Positions 51,230-64,000 of a stretch of 64,000 nt of DNA are shown in pieces (the first letter of the stretch is position 1; each line of letters begins with the position of its first letter). The DNA is from Octopus bimaculoides. Lineage: Eukaryota. Location: positions 59,823,096-59,887,095 of the forward strand of contig NC_068986.1 in assembly GCF_001194135.2 (NCBI RefSeq), in the 5' to 3' direction. A program made the translations under genes and the position numbers. The notes beneath the pieces are model-generated. The model made no database searches, was not told where the DNA came from, and saw nothing but the letters and a program-made list of their open reading frames with translations.

Positions 51230-51540
51230 CTAGCATGGCTGCAAGCTTAAGAAGTTTGCTTTCCAACCAAATGACTTCATATTCAGTTCCACTGTGTGGA
51301 ACTTTGGGCAAGTATCTTCCACTACAGTAGACCTAGTCTTGTTAGAAAGTTTGGTAGAATGAAACTGAAAGAAGTGTGTGTGTGTGTGTGTGCGTGTGTG
51401 TGTGTGTGTGTGCGTGTGTGCATGTACATGTGTTTACATTTGTGTTTCTCCAAAAGATCCCTCACGTATGGGTGGTATTGCTGTCATTTACCCTTTCAAC
51501 AAAGGCATTTGAAATAAGATATCTCTTAGTTAAAAAACAG
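51230..51540 (+). mobile_element. SINE family A, degraded
   Basis: ttcagttccactgtgtggaactttgggcaagtatcttccactacag...gaaactgaaagaag-(TG)n. Confidence 0.65.
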
Positions 51541-52059
51541 ATAAGGGTTAGTAGCAGGAAGGCTGTCTGGTTGTAGAGCATACGAGCCAAGCCGGTGGGG
51601 GGGGGGGTGAAACAGTCGTAAAAATGAATTGATGAACTTTTAAAGCTGATGATTGGAACATAAATTAACATGAAATTTTTGCTGACTTCAAAACAAGATG
51701 TTGGTCTTATCCAATCAGAGGTCGTCTCAAGTTAGTTGGTATCAAAAGCTACCTACCATCTTACTATGAGGGAGACTTGATTGTTATTTCTAGTCAGTCA
51801 GGTAGCCATACAGGCTCACAAAAGCTCAGTTGTTTTCCCAATAGACAGATTAATAAGAATGGTAAAAGAAAGCAAAATACATAGAAAAAAAGATAGAGTA
51901 GGAGATAGTTGACTATATTATCATGGTTCTGAAGATTACAATAGTAACTAAATGTGTTATGTTGTGGTTGTAGTATTAGTAGTTATAGTTAACAATACTG
52001 CTTAGGAGGAAGAGGTGGTGGTGGTGGTGATGGTGATAAGGGTGATGGTAGGAGTAGAG

Positions 52060-54330
52060 CTAGTAGTGATGATAGCAATGATGGTCAGGTAAGAGATCAG
52101 GTATGGAGGCATGCACCATTGTAGTGCATTGCTGCATCCACCATTTGCTGGTATTTGTTCAGATTATCCCAGGCAACCTTCTGAGCAGCAGTATCCCAGT
52201 CGGTTCCCATCTCCATGAGATACTTCCTTATCCACTGTGATTATATGGTATGTGTCACCCCAGCTGGATCCTCAGAAAAGAGAACATGGTACACAGGATC
52301 CAACTCAGAAAATTGGGCAACATGACCAAACACTCTGAGCTGATGCTCCCAAATCAATCAAATAATAGGATGCATCCTAGTTTCTTAGTATAGTCATTGG
52401 TTGGATACAAAATCCAATACATGGTGACCCATAATCCTGTGAAGTATCTTTCTATCAAAGGAATTTAGGCAGCTCCTAAGGGCTCCAGACTGTCCAAGTT
52501 TTACAATTATAGAGCAAGTCAGCGAGGACCAGAGACCCCAAAGACCCAAACCTTTATTCACTTGCTTAGATATTTGCAGTGCTAAACACCTTTGTCCAGT
52601 GAATCCACAAATGAAACCACAACTGCACCAGAATGTTCAAGTCATTTTAAGACTTCAAACCCACACTTAATGTTGTCATGGATCACACTGTAGAGATAAG
52701 TGAAATAGTCAACATATTCGATATTCTCACCTGCAACAGAGACAGAAGAGATGGAGTCCTCCAGAATGCCAACAAAAGAGCAGATCTTTAACTTGACCCA
52801 AGAAACTTTAAGACCAAGTGGTTCTGCTTCTTCACCTTGAGAAAGGATAGCAGTCCTTAAGACATTCAGAAACTCAGCAAAAATAATTGCATCATCAACA
52901 AAACCTATGCTAGTAATCCTAGTTTCACCACAATGAGTGCTCCACAATTCAATTGAGCCACCATCCAGCCAAGTATCCAGTCCATGTAGACATTGAACAG
53001 AGTGGAAGCCAAAACATAGCTCTCACAGATGCTACATCTAACTGGGAAAAAGTCAGACATTGAGCCCCCAATCGGAACTACACTCACTATTCCAGTATAC
53101 AAGGCACTTATCAGCCCAATCAGTTGGAGAGGTATACTTTGCAGCCAGAGAAAATCCCTGTCCAATGAATCAGATGCCTTGTGGAGGTCGGCATAAGCTA
53201 CAAGCAGCCCCAGCCAAAAACTTCACATGCATTCAATGAGTATTCAGAGAGCTCAGATCCTGTCAGTAGTTGACTTATTTGGTATGAACCCTGACTGCTC
53301 TGGTCACTGAGAAGCAAGCAGATAATTTTGCATGATCTTCAGAAAAACCTTAGCAAAGACCTTTATGAGCACTGAGAGGAGTGTAACAGCCCTATATTTG
53401 TTGCAGTCATGGCAGTCACCTTTACCTCCCAGGAATGGATAATTATGCCCCTCTTCCAGTTAGGTGGTATGATGCTACTGCTCCAGACTAAGCAGATTAT
53501 TTTCCACTTTTCTTGACTATCTCCCCATGATGCCCTTCAGCTGATTTTCCACCATATGAATCTTGTCTACAGACAGTTGATCACAGCTGACTGACAGGTT
53601 GGTTACCATTGCTGAAGTACTAGGTGAATCCACCTCATATAACTCCTCAAAATATGATAACCAGTGAGCCATCACTTTGGGCTCCTCTACCAGGAGTGCT
53701 CCATCTGAGTCTGAAATACCAGAACATCAAGGAGAAGGCTACATGAGTCAGAAGTGTGAAGTTGACTCTTGATCTCCTGGGATATTCCTCAAATCTGCTT
53801 TCTCTTATTACTCCATGTCGCAGCTCCAGAAGCAAATCACAGGGGCTCTGCCTTCTCTCACTCTGCAGCAGTATTCCGCCAGTGCCAGGGTCTCCCTGGA
53901 AAGGAAGCATTTCCTAGTTCAATTTTGGAAACCAATACATCCCAGTGGTAGTTGACAGTGGGATGTCCCTGCAATTTTCCTACACTGCCACAGGTCCAGT
54001 CAAGGGACCTACCCTAGGTAGCATAAGCCCATGCTACTGCATATAGGTCTTGCTTACACTGTTATCTTTGAATCTGTTGACATCCAACCTGGGATTAGGT
54101 GCCTTCAGCCAATCAAACTTCAGTTGTAATCCCAACTCTAACACACAAGCTCATGGTTAGTATCCATAAAGCTAACACTCAAAAAAGCCCTGCAATTCTG
54201 CAGGACTCTCCAGTGTCCATCTACAAGCAATTGGTTGATCTCCTTTATCATAAAACCAGTACTGGAATACCAGGTCCAGTGATGTAACTTGTAATGTTGG
54301 TACCAGAAGCCAGTAATTCAAAGTCCATTC
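52060..54330 (-). mobile_element. Degraded RTE-clade LINE, different subfamily
   Basis: YVLASTLFNVYMDWILG, IGFVDDAIIFAE...EEAEPLGLKVSWVK (RT); endonuclease-like remnants toward 54300. Confidence 0.8.
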
Positions 54331-54505
54331 TGTTTAGCTGTGTTGTCAAGAGGTTTTCTTAATAACCATGCCATCCCCAGGTTTGTTTCTACTGTAGGGT
54401 CCTTGAGTAAGTGCTTCTACTATAGCACTAGTTCACCAAAGCTTTGCAAGCGAATTTGGTGAACAGAAACTGAAAAGAAGTACATGGTAAGTATTTATAT
54501 ACATA

Positions 54506-55300
54506 CAGCATGTTCAGACTAAATTTGACAGTTTGCATAAAAGGAAAAGAAAACATAATAACCCATCCAATAACAAAAGTATTTAAAAAATGTTTTTAAT
54601 CAATTAGATTATGGCTGGGAAATAACATTTTACTCAAAGTAATTGCACTCAGTTTCCAACACGGCCTCAAGATGGCTCTAGAAACTATGTTCCTGGGAAG
54701 ATCTTCGAATAACTCCTTGATCTTGGCCACCAGCTCAACCTTGGAGTTGCAAGCATTTTTGTGCTGATATTTTTCTCAACTGCACCCCACACCTGGTAAT
54801 CCATGACGATTGGGGTAATTAGGAAGCCAGAAATTGGGGCTGTAAAGTCCTAGAAATTCTCTGACAACCACATCTGATTTTAGTAGATATAGCAACGAAC
54901 TGAATCCTGCTGCCACACTTATGGCCTCCCAGCAGCAACCCACTCTGACCAAGGATTGACTATAGTCTCCAGTAGCTTCACACAGCCATTTAAACTGAGC
55001 CTGTTCAAAGATATGGAGGTGAATTCCAGCATATACACACAATCAGAATGCCTGCTATGTCCCTTTCTGCTGGTCACAGCTTTGAAGTCTCCATTGCAAC
55101 TGTCCATGTCACATCTTACAGCCATTACAGTGATTACAGAGCATTGAACAATAGTCATGATGCTGGCCTTTTGATACCTAGTATGAATCCTCATGATACA
55201 AGTAAATATTTTCCAATATTCAGATGGCTTCCAGTACACCGTGTCAGCTACTTTTTCTCAACTACAACTTTAATCTTTACTATCTCTATCACCATTGACG
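54506..55300 (-). mobile_element. Internally deleted IS630-Tc1-mariner element (maT/DD37D-like)
   Basis: TA-CAGCATGTTCAGACTAAATT TIR at 54504; peptides VKLLETIVNPWSEWVAAGRP*VWQQDS, SPNFWLPN, MDYQVWGAVEK, HLEAVLETECNYFE*. Confidence 0.8.
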
Positions 55301-55449
55301 GATCTCCAAATACATCAAGCTGTTCTCCAAAAGAAAGAGACATAAAAAATCATCAAATACACACACACATGCATGCACACATGCACACACACACACACAC
55401 ATAATTCTTCCTTTTGCTCCTCAGTTTCATTATTCTATACAGCCAAAGG

Positions 55450-55960
55450 ACTGAAGGTGGCAGAGGATCTTTTCTGTCTACCACACATTGCTTCCAGTAG
55501 AGGCACAGAAAAGAATGCAAATGCACCGATCTGATTGTCCTTGTCACCCACATTCATTTGTGCCATTCATCCAACTACAAGACCCAACTACTTCCATTCT
55601 CCTACTACCACTTTCATCACTCAACTTCTCTGGTTCATCTTGAAGAGACTGCACTTGACCAATTGTACCCTGCACACCCGGTTTTCACCCTGTCTCTTGT
55701 CATATTCTTGCTCCTTCTCTCTCACACATCATGAAACACACATCCTCTGACACTGTTCTATCATCAGGGTCACATTGCTTGCTGTTATCACCCTATCTGC
55801 TTGCACATGCTATCCTGAATATATGTATATCCCTCAGAATACTGAGTACCTCATCACTCACTCCCTCTATTACACATGCTACTTCTTGTTATATCTTGTT
55901 TCTCTCCCTGTAAAGAAGGTGGCAAGTAAGCAGAGATGAGAGTTTGTAAGTTCCTTTCAA
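55450..55960 (-). mobile_element. Highly degraded RTE 3' fragment
   Basis: Composition and remnant peptides resemble the RTE C-terminus; many stops. Confidence 0.35.
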
Positions 55961-56049
55961 TCATGACGTGATTGCCTCTTTAGTTGCACTTATTATACTC
56001 AATAAAGTGTAAAGGAGTGACAACACTTTAGTTTTGATGAGGACGTGAT

Positions 56050-56250
56050 GGTGTACCCCTCCACCAAAGCACCCTGTACACCCTATGTTTAGTGTAAGAG
56101 CATCCAGCCAAAACTGAAACACAAGCAAGATGCAGTCTTTCTGAGCCATGTATGAGTAAGTGAGTAGTAGGTGCCAAATATGTGCTGACTTTGGCCATGG
56201 TGACCCATCCAATTTGTGCCAGCATGGAAAGCAGATGTAAAATGGTTATA
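56050..56250 (+). repeat. Family B-like tail fragment
   Basis: aagagcatccagccaaaac...gccagcatggaaagcagatgtaaaatg. Confidence 0.55.
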
Positions 56251-57259
56251 ATGATGAGGATATGGTGTGTACATATTTCTTTGTGTGGACATCGTATCCT
56301 AATTGTAAGCAAACTACAATGTTCAGAAAAGTGGTGAGATTTGGTGCAGGAAAAGCACTGCTGCTTAATGAATGAACTCCTTTGAGACATTTGTTGTGTA
56401 CTGGGTCACAAAAAAAACCCATTTTCACTCTTACAGGTAGAAATGAAGTGAATCAATGACCAGCCCATTAGAAACATATAACCAATGACACTAGTGTTCA
56501 CAAGTTGTGACATTTAAATAAATAAATGTTATTGATAGTGAAATACTTAAAATTGCAACAAAAACTAATTGTATTCATTATATATGTGTGGGTGTGTATA
56601 TATATATATATATATGAGAAAATACAATCAGTGAGGGTTGTGTACAATACTGCACATCTGCTTAGTGATTTTCTCCTCACTACTGCAGCAAATATGGTGA
56701 AGTCTATATTTTGTTGAAGAGATCTAATATGACTGAAGCATGTCTGAAATTGTCTCACACTAGCTGAAATGATTGAAAAAGACAAGCATTTAGCTAATGT
56801 TGCATTTGCCTGACTATATAAGTAATTTCTAATTAGACTTTTGATTTTCACAGAAGTAAGTATATTAACACTAGCTTATCTGTTGTTTGTATCATATGGT
56901 TTTGGTTTAGTCACAGGTTAGCCTTGATTAAACATAAATGACTCCCTACCATTTTTTTGTTCCCTTTACATAATAGTGTTTCTAGAATAGATTTTGTGGC
57001 TTGCTCTGTTTTTCAAAGATGGCAGTGGATAATTTGAGTGAGATTTGGATGCTCTATCTAGTAGACTAAGTAACCATGTGCAGGTTTCATTTGTTGGCAC
57101 AAATAAAGATTACATAGAGCAGAAGAGAGAGTGGTCAATACCAGAGAGGATATAAAAATATAGACTGCAGGATGTGTAATTCTTTGTCTGCTTATCTATT
57201 GCCATTACAAGAAAGTAGTACCAGATTCTAGAAGACCACATATCTGCTGGTTAAGAAAT

Positions 57260-57640
57260 TTTCTCCTCAAATACAAGGGTTTGGATTCAGTTTCACTGTG
57301 TAGTATCTTTGAAAGTCTTGTGAGTGGATTTGGTAGATGAAAACTTAAAGAAGCCCATTGTATATGTATATATATACACGTGTATATGTGTGTGAAGGTG
57401 TTTGTGTTCCCTGTCTTGACATCTGGCAATCAGGAAATACTACCTTAGTTGGAAACAGGCAAGTGTTAGTAACAGAAAGGGCATCCAGCCAAAGAAACAT
57501 CAGTCTCAAAAATTCAGTTTGATTCATGCAAAGCATAGACTAAATGGAAGTTAAAATGGCAATGATGATGATGATGATAATGAGGATGATGATGATGAGG
57601 AGGAGGAGGAGGAGAATGATGATGATGATGATGATGATGA
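57260..57640 (+). mobile_element. SINE family A fragment plus family B tail and (GAT/GAG)n tract
   Basis: cttgtgagtggatttggtagatgaaaacttaaagaagccc; aagggcatccagcc...(GAT)n. Confidence 0.65.
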
Positions 57641-60239
57641 TGCAAAACACTTCTGTCTTTGTATAGGAAACAATTATATCAAGTGCTTTTCTATTCTCCA
57701 TGAGATCATCTGAACTCAGCACTGTGAATTTTCAAAGTATAAAGTGCACGACACCATTTAAAAAAATATCTTTTCTTTCCCTTTTCTTTTCTTTTTCTGT
57801 TTCTTTATATTTAAATGTTATAATTTAAAATTTTATTTAGTTAAAAATAAAAACTTTCCAGGATATAATTAGAGGTAGAAAGGTCTCAAGCACCTATCTC
57901 CCTTTCTTTGCCAGATTTCCAACTCTTGTATGGGAAAGAAAACATGACTCATTAATTATTGTTGTGAGAAGCAGCAGATGAAGTTATACAGAGTTACCAA
58001 AGATATGGTCAGAATGCTCACAAAAAAATGGTCAGGTGGATTAATTCTAAGCAGTAGATTAATTCTACCACCCAAATAGCTTTAAGTGTTCTCCTACCCA
58101 GTATTTGTTTATAGATACATTAAGTGATCAGTGAGAATTAAATGTTTCAGTTATTAACACACTACTAATGGTGGGAAATGAACTTTCAGCTAGTATGCAA
58201 ACATCTTACCAATTTAGAAATTTCACTTGGAATTTCAATCACCTCACTTGAGACTGCTTCTAGTTCAATGATGCACCTTCACCCTACTGTACCAACTCTT
58301 TTAAACTATTCACATTTAAATTAAAGCATATTATTTTGTAATTTCATGTTCAATTTTTTTTTTTGTTCAGGTTAATAAGATTTGCATAAACCCCTCCAAA
58401 TTCTTTATTATATTCAAAACTAGTACATGCTTGTGGAAAATCCAAGGTTGATAAATATTCAGTTTTATATTTACTTACAGCAAGTAATACTGAACAGGAT
58501 TATTTGAATAAAACACATGCTCTTCTTTATCATTGAATCAATAATAAAACACACACGCACACACACATATGCAATAGTGGTGAATAGTGACAACACTACA
58601 TTAGTGGATAAATACTTCATTTGTGGATTTTCTGCATTACCAAAGAAATGTTTTATAATTTTTAATGCTCCATGTAATAATGATGTTAACACCATCTATA
58701 TTGTAGAATTGATTGTGTGAGAGGTCACAAGACTTTAATACGTTGTCTAAGAAACCGAGAAATGGAAACACACCATTAATTATACGAGTAGATTAACTGA
58801 AACACATAGGCAGTTTGAATAATTAGAAGCATGGTTGTATAAGCATTAATGAGTCATTATTGATGGATTTGTTTACATGTACTTATATCATAGGCAAGTC
58901 AGTCTTGAAGAACCATCCTTCTCTATAATACCAATTATTGTAGGGGAATTTTAACTATGTGATATAATAGAATAGCTCAGCCAATAATCAAACCTACCCC
59001 TTTGAGAGCTTAAACATAAAAATGTTTATTAATGAATTTGTCAATACAAACATTTGTAATATAACTTGTTTGTCTGCTGAAGGAAAGGAAAATCTAATTT
59101 AAAGAAATTAACTTTTGTTTTCTTCAAGTGAACTTCAAATAAGATGGAAATGATAAACACAAATATGATAGATATAATTCTCTCACGTATACTAGATTGC
59201 ATGTTAAAAATAAACAAAATCACTGGAAACAAGAAAAGCAAGCAAGAGAAAATGCTGACTTTTATCCAAGAAATTGAAAGATATTTGAAAAAGACGTCTA
59301 TCAATAGCATTTAAAAGAAGAAGCATCAAAAGACCTAGCAAACTTAAGCATGAGCTGGGTGAAATGATGACAGTAATTAATTATTTAAAGATGATAGCTG
59401 TTTTAATGGCTTTAGAAGTCCATTGTCATGTTACACATTTTTTTTCTTTTCTGCCTTCCTTTTCCTTTGGCACATGTATGTTCTTATTGAAGCAGAAATT
59501 GAGTTAAGATGGCAACAGATAAAGGAAGAAAGTGTTAACTGAAATAAACAGTAAGCATGCTATCCAACATCTAGACTGGATATCAGTGAAAAAGTGAGCC
59601 ATGTGATAAAAGGGGGAAAGGAATGCATTAAACAAATTACCAACAAGCTGTTTTGGAATGAGGATAGGTAGTTTACAATTGTTGTGAACAGATTGTCCTA
59701 ATGACTTGTTTTCTGTGTCCAGACAGTCTCTCAGTAAATGTTAGTGATGGGGTGACTGACTCATTGATAATATAGCCATTAGAATGCAAGACATTTTTAA
59801 ACTGAGTTTATTTATTACTTGAGGTTTTAAATATTACAAATACTCTGGAGTAGATTAGTGCTTTGCCAACAGATCTGCCTGCTACTGAAATAAAATTCCT
59901 CTGATGATGTATGAAGTGTCTGAACAATTTCTTTTACTCTTGTTCTTTGATTTACAATGGCTTAACAATGATTTTCGTTCTAGTAAAAAGAACTATCACC
60001 AATCATAATCTCATTGTGGAACTAGGAATAATTATTGGCAAAGAGAGGGTACAATCAATTGAACCAATATTGTGTTATTACAGGTACTTATTTTATCAGG
60101 CTCAAAAAGATGAAAAGTAAAGCCAACACGAGAGAGACAAAACAAAATTTTGGGTATAAATTTAGGATAGTACTGTACTTGACTTCACCATTTTCACTGC
60201 CCTTGATAACATTTATAAATGATAATAATGTTCTTTTCT

Positions 60240-60445
60240 GCTCTAGGCACAAGGCACAAAATTTTTGGGGCGGTGAGGCCAGTTGATTAGATCGATTCCA
60301 GTATGCAACTGGTACTTAATTTATCGACCCCGAAAGGATGAAAGGCAAAGTCAACCTCGGCGGAATTTGAGCTCAGAATGTAAAGACAGACGAAATACCG
60401 CTAAACATTTTACCCGGCGTGCTAACGTTTCTACCAGCTTGCCGA
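60240..60445 (-). mobile_element. SINE family C, young CpG-rich copy
   Basis: ctggtacttaatttatcgaccccgaaaggatgaaaggcaaagtcaacctcggcggaatttgagctcagaatgt...cggcgtgctaacgtttctaccagc. Confidence 0.85.
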
Positions 60446-60904
60446 GAACATTGGGGTGGTAAGATCTTATGATGATCATACTGCTTGAAATTTTAGCTGT
60501 TATCCTGTTTTTTTCCCCAGTTTATTGGGCCAAAAAAGAGGGTCAAGCAGAAAGCTCTCTATTTCTACCTGTCCCACCTCTCTCTGGCAGAACTTAGTGA
60601 GAACAGAGAACCAGTGGAAGTGATCATTACCTCCTATCACTTCACTTTGTGCTAATATAAAACAAGTTTATATCTCTACTCTAACATGTTACTAACCATA
60701 TGTTGATTTCCCTTATTTTATATCGGTAACATTTACCATTCACTCTACATATCTAACCTCAAAGGCCTTCATTTCAAAAACATATACATAACACTATTTC
60801 TACAACCCATTTAATTCAAACATTGTTATTTTTATAAATGCTTGAAAATTCTTAATTTTCTCTTTCAAATTATTATCTCAGACCACATTGAATTATCATA
60901 CCAT

Positions 60905-62190
60905 ATGTGCAGAGAACAACTTCTGCCACATTCCAGGGAGTAAAACTAGTAGCTGATAGCTTCTGTTACCTAGGTGACCAAGTCAGTAGCGGGGGAGGGT
61001 GCGCTGAAAGTGTAGCTGCTAGAATAAGAATAGCCTGGGCAAAGTTCAGAGAGCTCTTACCTCTGCTGGTGATAAAGAGCCTCTCGCTCTGAGTAAAAGG
61101 CAGACTGACTGACGCATGTGTACGAACAGTCATGCTACATGGCAGTGAAACATGGGCTGTGACTGCTGAGAACATGCATAAGCTCACAAGGAATGAAGCC
61201 AGTATACTCCGATGGATGTGTAATGTCAGTGTGCATACTAGACAGAGTGTAAGTACCTTGAGAGAAAAGTTGGACCTAAGAAGCATCAGTTGTGTGCAAG
61301 AGAGACGATTGTGCTGGTATAGTTAGGTGGCGAGAATGGATGAGGATAGCTGTGCCACAGCCTAGCGGTTGAGGGTACCTGTGGAAGAGGTAGACTGAGG
61401 AAGACTTAAGATGGGGTAGTGAAGCACGACCTTCGAACATTAGGCCTCACTGAGGCAATGACTAGTGACCGAGACCTTTGGAAATATGCTGTGCGTGAGA
61501 AGACCCGGAAAGACAAGTGAGGCCATAACCCGTGGCCTTTACCAGGGGTGTAGCCAGCCCACTTATGCATACCTTTCCTTCATTGGACACAAAACCCTGC
61601 TTACGAAGATTTGTTGAGGTAAGTGAAATCGAAATCAAAATTGAACCAAATTCGATGACTGGCACCCATGCCAACCGTCCTTCATTGGACACTAAACTCA
61701 GCTTGCGAAAACCTGTTGGGGCAAGTGAGATTGAAATTTAACCAAATTCGATGACTGGCACCTGTGCCAGTGGAGCGCTAACAGCACCATCCAAGCAGGA
61801 TCACTGCCAGAGCAGCGATCTCGCTTCCGTTCCGTGCCGGTGACACATAAAAAGCACCATTTGAGCGTGATCGTTTCCAGCTTTGCCTTACTGGCACTTG
61901 TGCCGGTGGCATGTGAACAAAACATTGGACTGACTCCTGTGCAAGTGGCACATAAAAAACACCATTTGAGCATGGCCGTTGCCAGTACCGCCGGACTGGC
62001 TCTTGTGCCGATGGCACATAAAAGCACCCGCTACACTCTCGGAGTGGTTGGCGTTAGGAAGGGCATCCAGCTGTAGAAACTCATCCAGATCAGATTGGAG
62101 TCTGGTGTAGCCATCTGGTTCGCCAGTCCCCAGTCAAATCGTCCAACCCATGCTAGCATAGAAAGCAGACATTAAATGATGATGATGATA
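60905..62190 (+). mobile_element. 5'-truncated RTE LINE with long 3' UTR and (GAT)n tail
   Basis: DSFCYLGDQVSSGGGCAESVAARIRIAWAKFRELLPLL, MLHGSETWAVT; colinear with 30975-32150 in opposite orientation. Confidence 0.92.
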
Positions 62191-62569
62191 AGGCTGGTGG
62201 AGGTGTACTTTGTGGTCTCTCACATCTGTATTTTCTACAATTTCATCATAGCTCCCATTTCAATTTCCAGTCAGAATCCTTTCATTTGGAAAAGGCATGA
62301 ACATAACAACACTGTATTTCCCCTATAAATCTTAGATGTCATGTTTACACTAGAACGCAATGTCATTGTTTAGTTCCAAATCAGCCATAATCAAATAGGT
62401 CTGTCATTGTAAGAATTCCAGCAATATAATCCAATCTTTTATCTGATGTAGTGTATTTAACACTTATTATAGTTTCCAAAATACTTATTACATACAAAAA
62501 TATAATATTATTCAATGTGACTTTTAGGACAATACAGAGTAAGCTAGGTATTTGTGAACATGCTTTAGC

Positions 62570-63250
62570 AGGGGGTCATAAATAGAAAAAAAACGAAATA
62601 GAAGACTCCAGTGTGTACAAATTTTATATTTCTCATTTCTCTTTCAGACATATTGACATTGAAAACACTTGCTATGCTCATAGCTCTAACCACCAGCTAC
62701 AATGACTTGGAGATCACCAACTCCATGAACTGGATCTTTTGTAGCTAAGTTCTTCATATTCAGGGTTGGGAAAAAGCTTGTGGTCTTTAATGAGGTCATT
62801 TTATTCTTGGCTAATACATATTCTCTGTTAATGTACATTGTTAAGATGACTGGTTTCATGCAGCAGACCCAAAACATCAATAATGACAGCCTTAGTGGGT
62901 CAATGCGAGCCATTGCTGAGTAGCTCAAGGTGGCAGAGTCCAATATCAGAGGACATCGAGTATAAGTTTTACATGATGACCAGAGGGCAGTCATGTTTGG
63001 CAAAACCCATGAGAACTGTTTTGATTATGTGGCCTCCAAGTTCTCATGATTTGAAACCCCCCTCTATGCAGTGCTGTGTCTAAGAAATCATTGGTGGTGG
63101 AGTGTAGCCAGTAGCCTGAGGTACCAAGGCTTCATTGGAGTCAGCCAACAATTTTTGTTATCTATTAATATAAGATATCACCTCTGGATGAGAATACATT
63201 TAGTTATAAAGAAGAAAAGCAAAATTCCAAAACATGATATATTGAATAAT
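62570..63250 (+). mobile_element. Degraded, internally deleted maT-like mariner remnant
   Basis: SYNDLEITN, SMRAIAE*LKVAESNI, EDIEYKFYMMTRGQ, MWPPSSHDLKP (WPPxSPDLNP motif). Confidence 0.6.
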
Positions 63251-63610
63251 GGCAGTAAAGTTTACTGCAAAGTAGTATGTTTTTTATTTTTGTTATTGAA
63301 GTGTTGGTTTGAATAGCAAAATACTTTAAGGCTTACAACAGCAGTGAATATTTCACTCAGTTAGCAATGGATGCCTTTTGTGAGTAAAAGACAATCTGTT
63401 CTATTTGATTCCTTATTGGTCTTGTTTATATTGTTCTAATAGAAATTGGGATTATTGATGACAGAGAATATCTTTCTCTTAAAATAATTAAGCATGATTT
63501 TTTGCTACATCTGAATATTAACATTTGGAAGCAGTACTTCATTAACTTTTTTTAGGTCATTCTAACTACATGAAGCTATTTTATCATTCCTTCTGTAAGT
63601 ATTCAGTTAA

Positions 63611-63640
<30 letters not shown>
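63611..63640. repeat. (AAT)10 microsatellite
   Basis: Direct reading. Confidence 0.95.
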
Positions 63641-63645
<5 letters not shown>

Positions 63646-64000
63646 CTCACTCAAACCCATCCGAACAGGAGTTCTACCACCCAAACAGACCTTGTGGATA
63701 AATAACATCCAGAACAAAATTAAAAAAAAGAGAAAAGATTTATCGATTCTCAACGAAATTAGTAAACAATCAACACTACTAAGTAACAAGAAGAAAACAA
63801 AAATACTGTACAAATACAGCATTACAGAAAAAGATTTACCTGAGGCAAAAGAAAAACTAAAGCAAGACATCCTTGCCAAAGCACAAAGGATCCGCCGGTA
63901 TGAGAAACGCCAACATTTCTTTGAACAAAACAAACAGTTCAAATCCAACCCCAAAAAACTCTACCAAGAACTGGGTAAAAATAAAATAGAGATTACTTCA
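63641..64000 (+). mobile_element. R4/Dong-like LINE, 5'-truncated, runs off the window
   Basis: 120 uninterrupted codons ...WINNIQNKIKKKRKDLSIL...KLKQDILAKAQRIRRYEKRQHFFEQNKQFKSNPKKLYQEL, homologous to the pre-RT region at 40440-40740. Confidence 0.85.

Noticed and set aside
57540-57722. Minus-strand ORF SSDDLMENRKALDIIVSY...
   Set aside because: Half is (ATC)n microsatellite, the donor is weak and there is no homology.

Overview
AT-rich, microsatellite-dense eukaryotic DNA from a gapped draft assembly, with several N runs and gap-edge duplications. The repeat repertoire looks to me like an Octopus (coleoid cephalopod) genome; that is recognition from memory, not a database result. I cannot support any host protein-coding gene. 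The window reads as intergenic or intronic DNA filled with mobile elements: RTE-clade LINEs with (GAT)n tails, three R4/Dong-like LINE pieces next to (AAT)n arrays, Penelope-like GIY-YIG fragments, a ~1 kb internally deleted Ty3/Gypsy element with two 146-bp LTRs, Tc1, maT-like and Tigger-like remnants, two fold-back elements, and many copies of several SINE-like families. The most interesting signal is at 12812-13305: a tRNA-headed SINE carrying a minimal hammerhead-ribozyme motif, arranged as a fold-back and flanked by a 13-bp target-site duplication. Two further hammerhead motifs occur at 4023-4082 and 26491-26520. Two strong RFX X-box matches (5396, 10361) hint at a nearby ciliary-gene regulatory region. 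Boundaries of degraded repeats are approximate (tens of bp).
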